The notes under the pieces are model-generated. The model searched no databases. It saw only the letters and a list, made by a program, of their open reading frames with translations, and was not told the origin of the DNA. Positions 55,120-64,000 of a stretch of DNA of 64,000 nt are shown here, piece by piece (position 1 is the first letter of the stretch; the number at the start of each line of letters is the position of its first letter). Origin of the DNA: Eledone cirrhosa (lineage: Eukaryota); contig OZ024746.1 in the NCBI GenBank assembly GCA_964016885.1, forward strand, positions 6,386,001-6,450,000. Direction: 5' to 3'. The position numbers and the translations under genes are program-made.

Positions 55120-55281
55120 ATCTATTACTTCCATTCTCTCACTTTCTATCTTTCTCTGCGTGAAATGTGTTGTATTCAGACCTGGAGAGGAGATGAGCTT
55201 CGCCAGGTTTAAAACAAAAACAAAAACAAATGTCCTAGTAACGTCGTATTTCAATACGGCGCCCTACGATTCCCTCGTGAG

Positions 55282-55617
55282 TTAACCCTTTAGAATTTAC
55301 ATTACTCTATATTTACTATTATATTTTTATATTTTTGCAGTAAAATCTTTATCTCACATAATTATCTCTCATAATATCGAATCTATGCCTTTCATCCTTA
55401 CGGGGTCGATAAAATAAAGTACCAGTAATACACTGGATTATTGCTGGCCTTGTGCCTAACGTAGAAACAATAATATCGAATCTATGAGATTTTGATATTA
55501 TTTATTTTGAGAACAATACCTTAACATCAGTATGAGTGGCCAGTTATTGCCGGTTTGGACATAAAGAGATGAGATAATTCTGGCCGGGTATGGCCGGTTT
55601 AAATGCTAAAGGGTTAA
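55282..55617. mobile_element. piggyBac-type MITE containing a 5'-truncated SINE
   Basis: TTAA-CCCTTTAGAATTTA ... TAAATGCTAAAGGG-TTAA. The SINE piece (~55388-55469) is flanked by a 17-bp TSD, ATAATATCGAATCTATG. Confidence 0.8.
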
Positions 55618-55998
55618 GTCAAAAAGAAATAAGAATAGTAACTCACTGAAAGAAGAGTATTAATAAATAAAACTTATTAAATAAAAATTATTAACAACTG
55701 CCTAAAATCAAACGTTTTTAGAAGAGATCTCTCAGTAGATTTATAGAAATTAAAACGTTTTCATAAAGACATATTAACGAAGGTGCGATTAAAGCTGTAG
55801 TATTTATAATGGTAAAGACGATAACAGAGTTGAGGGGGGAAACCTTTATTCTTGAAATGGTGAAAGAAGAAACAATTCCACATCTTTTGCTTTCTTTGAC
55901 GAGAAAATTTAGTTTCAGAAGTCTAGCAATTAACTCAATCTAATGTTCTCTCCAATATAGTTAATTAATGAAATGAAGGCAGAGTGTTTGGTACGATA

Positions 55999-58649
55999 TC
56001 ATTTAGTTGGTGTTGTTGTTGTTGATGGTGGTGCTGCTGTTGTTAGTGGTGGTGCTGTCGATGGTGGTGCTGTTGTTGTTGCTGTTGTTGATGGTGGTGC
56101 TGCTGTTGATGGTGGTGCTGCTGTCGATGGTGGTGGTGCTGTCGAAGGTGGTGCTGCTGTTGATGGTGGTGCTGCTGTTGATGGTGGTGCTGCTGTTGAT
56201 GGTGGTGCTGCTGTTGATGGTGGTGCTGCTGTCGATGGTGGTGCTGCTGTTGATGGTAGTGCTGCTGTTGTTGTTGGTGCTGTTGTTGTTACTGTTGTTG
56301 ATGGTGGTGCTGCTGTCGATGGTGATGCTGCGGTCGATTGTGGTGCTGCTGTTGACGGTGGTGCTGCTGTTGTTGTTGGTGCTGTTGTTGTTGCTGTTGT
56401 TGATGGTGGTGCTACTGTTGATGGTGGTGCTGTTGTTAATGGTGGTGGTGCTGTTGTTGTTGGTGCTGTTGTTGTTGCTGCTGTTGATGTTGGTGCTGCT
56501 GTTGTTGTTGGTGGTGTTGTTGTTGGCGCTGTTTTTGATGGTGGTGCTGCTGTTGATGGTGGTGCTGTTGTTGTTGATGATGGTGGTGGTTGTGCTGCTG
56601 CTGCTGATGTTGATGGCGGTGGTGCTGTTTTTGTTGCTGTTGTTGATGTTGGTGGTGGTACTGTTGTTGTTGCTGCTGCTGTGGTGCTGCTGTTGTTGTT
56701 GTTGTTTTTAATAGTTGTCATTGTTGTTGCTGTTGCTGTTGTTGTTGTTGTTGTCATTGCTGTTGCTGTTGTTGCTTTGCTACTGTGTTTGTGTTGCTGT
56801 TGTTTTCAATTGTTGTCATTGCTGTTGCTGTTGCTGTTGTTATTGTTGTTGTTGCTGTTGGTGTTGCTGTTGTTATTGTTGTTGTTGTTGCTGTTGTTAT
56901 CGTTGTTGTTGCTGTTGATGTTGTTATTGTTGTTGTTGCTGTTGGTGTTGCTGTTGTTATTGTTGTTGTTGCTGTTGGTGTTGCTGTTGTTATTGTTGTT
57001 GTTGTTGCTGTTGTTATTGTTGTTGTTGCTGTTGTTATTGCTGTTGTTATTGTTGTTGTTGCTGTTGGTGTTGCTGTTGTTATTGTTGTTGTTGTTGCTG
57101 TTGTTATTGTTGTTATTGTTGTTGTTGTTGCTGTTGTTATTGTTGTTGTTGCTGTTGATGTTGCTGTTGTTATTGTTGTTGTTGCTGTTGGTGTTGCTGT
57201 TGTTATTGTTGTTGTTGCTGATGGTGTTGCTGTTGTTGTTGTTGTTGTTGTTGTTATTGTTGTTGTTGCTGTTGTTATTGTTGTTGTTGTTATTGTTGTT
57301 ATTGTTGTTATTGCTGTTGGTGTTGCTGTTGTTATTGTTGTTATTGCTGTTGGTGTTGCTGTTGTTATTGTTGTTGTTGCTGTTGGTGTTGCTGTTGATA
57401 TTGTTGTTGTTGTTGATGTTGTTATTGTTGTTGTTGTTGGTGTTGCTGTTGTTATTGTTGTTGTTGTTGGTGTTGTTATTGTTGTTGTTGCTGTTGCTGT
57501 TGGTGTTGCTGTTGTTATTGTTGTTGTTGTTGATGTTGTTATTGTTGTTGCTGTTGTTATTGTTGTTATTGCTGTTGGTGTTGCTGTTGTTATTGTTGTT
57601 GTTGTTGATGTTGTTATTGTTGTTGTTGTTGGTGTTGCTGTTGTTATTGTTGTTGTTGTTGATGTTGTTATTGCTGTTATTGCTGTTGCTGTTGCTGTTG
57701 TTATTGTTGTTGTTGTTGATGTTGTTATTGTTGTTCTTGCTGTTGTTATTGTTGTTGTTGTTGCTGTTGTTGTTGCTGGTGTTATTGTTGTTGTTGTTGC
57801 TGTTGTTGTTGCTGTTGTTATTGTTGTTGTTGCTGTTGTTATTGTTTTTGTTGTTGCTGTTGTTGTTGCTGTTGTTATTGTTGTTGTTGTTGCTGTTGTT
57901 GTTGCTGTTGTTATTGTTGTTGTTGATGTTGTTATTGTTGTTGATGCTGTTGGTGTTGCTGTTGTTATTGTTGTTGTTGTTGATGTTGTTATTGTTGTTG
58001 ATGCTGTTGGTGTTGCTGTTGTTATTGTTGTTATTGCTGTTGGTGTTGCTGTTGTTGTTGTTGTTGATGTTGTTATTGTTGTTGTTGCTGTTGTTATTGT
58101 TGTTGTTGTTGCTGTTGTTGTTGCTGTTGTTGTTGCTATTGTTGCTGTTGTTATTGTTGTTGAAGCTGTTGGTGTTGCTGTTGTTATTGTTGTTATTGCT
58201 GTTGGTGTTGCTGTTGTTATTGTTGTTGTTGTTGCTGTTGTTATTGTTGTTGTTGCTGTTGTTATTGTTGTTGTTGTAGCTGTTGGTGTTGCTGTTGTTA
58301 TTGTTGTTGTTGTTGATGTTGCTATTGTTGTTGTTGCTGTTGGTGTTGCTGTTGTTATTGTTGTTGATGCTGTTGGTGTTGCTGTTGTTATTGTTGTTGT
58401 TGTTGCTGTTGTTATTGTTGTTGTTGCTGTTGATGTTGCTGTTGTTATTGTTGTTGATGCTGTTGGTGTTGCTGTTGTTATTGTTGTTGTTGTTGCTGTT
58501 GTTATTGTTGTTGCTGCTGTTGCTGTTGTTATTGTTGTTGTTATTGTTGTTGTTGCTGTTGTTGTTGCTGTTGTTATTGTTGTTGCTGTTGTTGCTGTTG
58601 TTATTGTTGTTGTTATTGTTGTTGTTGCTGTTGTGTTGCTGATATTCAC
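55999..58649 (-). other. Degenerate (NCA)n repeat encoding a mucin-like Thr/Ala/Pro/Ser tract: either a host exon or a cryptic satellite
   Basis: Two reverse-strand ORFs (TTTITTATP repeats and STAAPP repeats) offset by a frameshift near 56760-56790. No flanking globular domain or strong splice sites seen. Confidence 0.4.
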
Positions 58650-59839
58650 AACTCGGCTCTAATCAGATCAGACCTATTATCACAGTCGTTCCAACTGTAA
58701 ACATCTCGCATTTTAAGAGTATCTACTACAACATTATCTAATGTGCCCAACCAGTTTTGAAATCAGTAGGGATATTTCTAGGATATGTGACTGTTATTTC
58801 TAGCTAGACGAGTGATCACCTAGACACTCATACACTGGCTCATAGTAGTATTTAATTATTATTATTGTTATTTAGCGCTAGGTCATACTTGATTGAGTAG
58901 GCCTCTGAGAAACGTCACTAAAAGCTGCAATTATCTCATTTTCTATAACGAGGGTAATTAAATTTTCCAATGATTTATTTCACTTTTTAAGACGATATGA
59001 TGTGATTTGAAGGAATTGAACTGCTATTTTTAACAACTGAAGTGACCAAGTATAATGCTGCCTAGAGCTAGTCATACATGAGTAATTCTACCGAGGTTGA
59101 CAATATAAATACCAGTTATATTCTACGGAGAGCAGTTTACTCTATTTCTCTGAGTCCTTATACCAAAGCAAGAAATCTATAATTTATTAAACGGCTCTAT
59201 TTATAAGTATATTCCTGTAGTTATATAAGTTTAACTACTTCTGTTCGACTTTGAAGTATTACGTTAGTTTTCTTTCTAATTAAGTAAACCAGTGCCATTC
59301 CAATAACAAGTTTAAGTATAAAAATAAAAGAATAAAGATTTCCATCAGCACAGATTTTCCTACAATTTCGACAAAATTTAACACTTATTGAATACTTGTG
59401 TCACATCAATAATTGCATGTGCGCATCTTACTATAATATAAATGATGTTTCATTTTACATTCAGTGCTGGAATTATAGTTTAAAGCGTAGTTCAGTTCAC
59501 ATCAAACGATTATCGGGCTGAAAAATAAAAAACAAAACCAACCAACTAAAGTTAACTCGGAAAACGTTGTTACAAGTATGATGATAAAAAGAAAAGAAAG
59601 ATACACCACTTTAATATTATCTCCAATGCATTAGATAAGCTAGAAAGTTGAATTAAATTTGATTTTCTGCGCTGAGAGTGGGTACGCTTCCAAATGAACT
59701 AGTTTATCTCAACGAACTTGATGTGATATTGTAGAATATTTTGAGGTTTTTTTAAGTGGAAATTTTTATTCGTGTTCAGTAAAGTCTTATTAAAGAAATT
59801 AATAAGACTTTACTGAACACGATTAAAAAAATAAAGAAA

Positions 59840-60230
59840 AAACATTTCAATGAAGGCCCTTCAAGACTTTGATCTGAAGGAAGAGTAGCGAAGATTATGG
59901 AATATCCACATTTGTCAACCAAGACATCATCCAGGACCCCACCTCTAAATGAGCCAGCTTTGATCTTCCTAGAAAGCAATGGATGTCCCTTAATCAGATC
60001 TTCAAAACACATGCCAGGACAGCCTAAGACCTCTATTGATGGAAAATGAAAGACAGTCCAATATTTGACCGTACTGCATGTTGTTCGGGATTGCTCGTCT
60101 CAGACGTTTTATCTCGGGGGTCTGGAGGTAATCTATAAGAAAACTACAAATGACGTCTTGTTCTGACTCAACATTCTCGACCAGTCTCTCTCTAACTATT
60201 GTGTATATGCCATATGACAATAAGAAGATT
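59840..60230 (+). pseudogene. Ingi/Vingi-type LINE 3' end fragment
   Basis: DIIQDPTSK*ASFDLPRKQWMSLNQIFKTHARTA..WKMKDSPI..TVLHVVRDC resembles the pattern GFDLPR..W..LNR.RT.HGR...W....SP.C...T..H....C. Confidence 0.68.
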
Positions 60231-60365
60231 TATGGAAATTTTATGACCAAAAAATGTTTCACAAAATAATACTAAAAATTAGACTTTCCTCAACCAGAAT
60301 AATTTCAATATATTTAGTTATAGAATGATTTATAAATAAGCAAATATATCTGGAATAAGAAGAAA

Positions 60366-60558
60366 GGGCGGTGTATTGGCAGTATCGGTAGAGGGTCGGA
60401 CGCCATGCTTTGCAGCATAGAGTTACGGACCTTACGGTCTGAGTTCAAATCCCGCCGAGGTTAACTTTGCCTTTCATCCTTACGGGGTCGATAAAAATAA
60501 AGTGCCAGTAATACACTGAGATAATTTCTGGCCTTGTGCCAAACGTAGAAACAATTAT
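60366..60558 (+). mobile_element. SINE, full length
   Basis: GGGCGGTG..TGGCAGTATCGGTAGAG head, B box and tail. Confidence 0.92.
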
Positions 60559-61086
60559 TTCTATAACTGTACATTAAGACAGGAACGAGGAAGATGTTGG
60601 ATTTGGTTATGATATATCAACAACAAAGAATAGAAGAGAAAGTTGTTTAGAATTAACAACCAACCTGAATAATGAGGTGTTTTTTTTAAGGCAAATAAAA
60701 ACGGATTAAAGAAAAAATGGCTTCGTTTTGATATTATAAAATGCCATGTTGCAACTTATGTGAATTCTATATCTAAAGTACTAGCTATATTTCTCGTTAT
60801 GAAGAATTTCTTTCTCTTCTCCCTTTTCCCTTCTTTCTCTTTGTACACACACACACACATCACATACATACACTCACACACTCACACATCCACACACTCA
60901 CACATATACTCAAACCTTCCCATATATATATTTTCGTTGGTAAAATATGAGATAAGCTCGATGCACTTTTTCAGCCCTTCGTTCTTCATGAGTGAAAAGA
61001 AAATTGGATGAATAAAGTGCAGTTCCAGTAGCAGAGAATATACAATTCCAAGAAAACCAGGGATACTATTATTATTGGCCCTTGCC

Positions 61087-61208
61087 ATTCTGAGTTCAAA
61101 TCCCGCCGAGGTTAACTTTTCCTTTCATCCTTACGAGGTCGATAAAATAAAGTACCAGTAATGTACTAGGTAATTGCTGGCCTTGTGCTAAAAGTAGAAA
61201 CAATTATT
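61087..61208 (+). mobile_element. SINE, 5'-truncated
   Basis: B box through tail. Confidence 0.88.
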
Positions 61209-61274
61209 TGTTTATACATCTCTACATGTAGCGATGTATAAGTAATACTATATTTGGTTTTCTTGAACTTAAAT

Positions 61275-61335
<61 letters not shown>

Positions 61336-61502
61336 TTCGAGTATGTGTTGGTTGTTTACCGATACCCAAGTATGCAGGTTGGAGCACTCGACGAAGTGCG
61401 CAGGTTGATTGGTTTACTCCGGAGTAATGTAAAATAAGTAAGTCAAACATGTTAAACTTTAACATGTTTGGCTTACTTATTATATATATATATAAATACA
61501 CG

Positions 61503-61565
<63 letters not shown>

Positions 61566-62095
61566 CGATTCAAGACCCCGACGGCTGAGCTCCGGCCGTT
61601 TCAACTGCTAGCTGTGGAAACGGCCGGAGTCCTGAATCTTTTTCTATTACCCACTCTACTACCCCAAGTATAGTATCGAGTACTCTGGTGGGTTATGGTC
61701 TAGCTGGTTTTGACCACACTCTATCTGATATATATATATATGTATAAGGTATATTATATGAGTTGATGATACAACTGTATAAAGCAGTCAAATTATTAAA
61801 GCTCTAATGTAATTTTATCCACATCAAGATTGGCTAAAGACAGTTCAGAGTTGAATCCAATTTATAAATGTCCAGTCATTATAGAATTACAAAATCACAG
61901 AACATATATAAATGAAAGGGTTCAATACATTAATAACCCCGTTATGGACATCTGACGTAAAATTATGAAAATTGTGATATATACGTACTTACACGTATTC
62001 ACATACATACAGGATTATATATGTGTGGGTGTATGTGTGTGTGTGTGTGTGTTTATAGATGTATGTGTGTGTGCATTTGTGTATATATATATAGA

Positions 62096-62693
62096 ATACA
62101 GAATAGCTGGACACTCACAGTAAAGTGACCAGTGAAAAACTCGGTACATCTACATATGTATACGTGTGTGTATTCATATGCATACTAGTATTTCAGTATA
62201 CATATGTGGATGTACATTTTTAACTTAATTGTTTAAGCGTCAGTCATACAAAAGTCAGTTACAAACGAAACGAAATTTAATTTCGTTTCGTTATTTGTTT
62301 TTATCGTCTCCGTTGAACCGGTACGTACTCACGCTCTATGCAAATTAGTCTGCCCACTACTAATTTTCATAGAAAAAGCATATAACGATATGTGCTTTTA
62401 CGATTCTCTAGAAAGGCCGGAAGATAGGTAAATATTGCTGATGAGATGTAACAACATCGAAACTAGTTCAATATTCCTTGTCTGGCTTTCTGGAGAATAG
62501 AGGAAAGGTGTTTCCTCAAAAACCAGTATGACTCTAAAAACCGGTTTGTCTGTGTGTTTACATACAGAATAGCTGGACACTCACAGTAAAGTGACCAGTG
62601 AAAAACTCGGTACATCTACATATGTATACGTGTGTGTATTCATATGCATACTAGTATTTCAGTATACATATGTGGATGTACATTTTTAACTTA

Positions 62694-62698
<5 letters not shown>
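62096..62698 (+). mobile_element. Non-coding partial-tandem element (466-bp period, 137-bp direct repeats) with HHR; retrozyme or pseudo-LTR-like
   Basis: 62096-62232 equals 62562-62698. TA runs on both sides and no credible ORF. Confidence 0.78.
62431..62475 (+). ncRNA. Canonical-core minimal hammerhead ribozyme
   Basis: AATATTG-CTGATGA-GATGT[AACA]ACATC-GAAA-CTAG-TT-CAATATT: 7-bp stem I, 5-bp stem II with a G-C closing pair, and palindromic stem III ACTAGT. Confidence 0.88.
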
Positions 62699-62740
<42 letters not shown>

Positions 62741-62923
62741 CAAAGGAATTGTGGTAAGGAACCAGATGGACCATAACGCACCAGAATACTCAATACTTAG
62801 GGTAGTAGAGTGGGAAATAGGAAAAAGTATGACCCCGACGGCAGAGCTCGAGCCGTTTCGACGGCTATTTCCAGAAATAGCCGTCGAAACGGCTTGAGCT
62901 CTGCCGTCGGGGTCATACTTTTT

Positions 62924-62972
<49 letters not shown>

Positions 62973-63341
62973 ATATCCATGATATGACCGACAAAGAAGA
63001 TTGATTTATTTTCTTCGTTTATTCCATGTTTACCTTTTTTTCCTAATGTAACTTTTCTATTACTACTGTTACACTCACGGCTTCTTCTTTGATTAACTAA
63101 CTTTCCATTAATCAGAGTAACAACTTTCTCTCCCTCCCTCCCTTGCTCTCTCCTTCCTTCACTCTCTCCCCCTCTCTATCACTCTCCCTCTCTCCTTCTT
63201 TCACATTTCCTCTTTACTGTCTCTCATATTCGTGTTCTCTTCCTGTTCCTTCCCATCCACTTGCTGGCGTATGTTCAGCTTCTAATTCTCCATTTCCGGC
63301 CCTTCTTTCAATCAGTCCTTAACCTCCAAAGAGACAAGACA

Positions 63342-63527
63342 TAATTGTTTCTACTTTTGGCACAAGGCCAGCAATTATGCCAGTGTATTACTGGTACTTT
63401 ATTTTATCGACGCCGTAAGGATGAAAGGCAAAGTTAACCTCGGCGGGATTTGAACTCAGATCATAAAGGGACGTAACTCTATGCTTCAAAGCATGGTGTC
63501 CGACTCTCTACCGATACTGCCGATCCA
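63342..63527 (-). mobile_element. SINE, TSD AAGACATAAT
   Basis: Consensus match with a flanking direct repeat. Confidence 0.9.
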
Positions 63528-63677
63528 AAGACATAATGCTCTCCTCCACACCTCCATCTTTTTATGTAAATCTATTCATATCAGCCCACCTTAGCGTCTC
63601 ACAATTTACACAGCCTACCTCTACCCAATCTCCTCATCTTTCCAGTAGTATCACGTTTTATGATGTTTCTTTATGAA

Positions 63678-63860
63678 GGACGGTGGATTGGCAGTAATTG
63701 GTAGAGCGTCAGACAACATGCTTTGCGGCATAGAGTTACGTCCCTTTACCTTTTGAGTTCAAATCCCGCTGAGATTAACTTTGCTATTCATCCTTACGGG
63801 GTTGATAAAATAACGTACCCAGTCATGTACTGGAGTTCGATATAATCGATATCTCCCACC
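63678..63860 (+). mobile_element. SINE, full length, variant tail
   Basis: Head, B box and body match the consensus. Confidence 0.85.
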
Positions 63861-63867
63861 ACCAATT

Positions 63868-63942
63868 TTTGTTGCTGTTGTTGTTGTTGTTGCTGCTGCT
63901 GTTGTTGTTGTTATTGTTGTCATTGTTGTTGTTGTTGTTGTT

Positions 63943-63975
<33 letters not shown>

Positions 63976-64000
63976 GCTGTTACTGCTGCTGTTATTGCTG
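63868..64000. repeat. Degenerate (GTT)n microsatellite
   Basis: Direct reading; runs off the end of the window. Confidence 0.9.

Noticed and set aside
55973-58662. 768-aa poly-Leu and 625-aa poly-Val plus-strand ORFs
   Set aside because: Alternative frames of the GTT-type repeat with implausible composition.
59776-60220. Minus-strand ORFs as host exons
   Set aside because: Better explained as the antisense of a decayed Ingi/Vingi LINE 3' end.
62326-62495. Minus-strand exon with AG acceptor and GTGAGT donor
   Set aside because: Stops in all three frames, and it lies inside the HHR repeat unit.

Overview
AT-rich animal genomic DNA dense in (TA)n/(CA)n/(GA)n microsatellites. The dominant tRNA-headed SINE and repeat texture suggest an Octopus-like cephalopod; this is inference. 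Nearly all short ORFs in the track are microsatellite read-throughs. Real coding remnants are retroelements: a 5'-truncated but open Penelope-like element (PLE, Naiad-type RT + GIY-YIG, ~7327-10693), two more PLE fragments, and CR1/L2-, RTE-, CRE-, R4/Dong- and Ingi/Vingi-type LINE pieces. There are also Tc1/mariner-, pogo- and piggyBac-type MITEs and about 18 copies of one SINE. A Thr/Ala/Pro-rich mucin-like repeat (56.0-58.6 kb) may be a host exon. The main hidden signal is a large, diverse set of short elements sitting in (TA)n runs. They carry minimal type-I hammerhead ribozyme (HHR) motifs (stem I, CUGANGA, stem II, GAAA, palindromic stem III, UH) and often form long fold-back inverted repeats. 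One HHR marks the 3' end of the open PLE. Another sits in a non-coding partial-tandem, retrozyme-like unit at 62.1-62.7 kb. Coordinates were read by eye and are approximate to a few bases.
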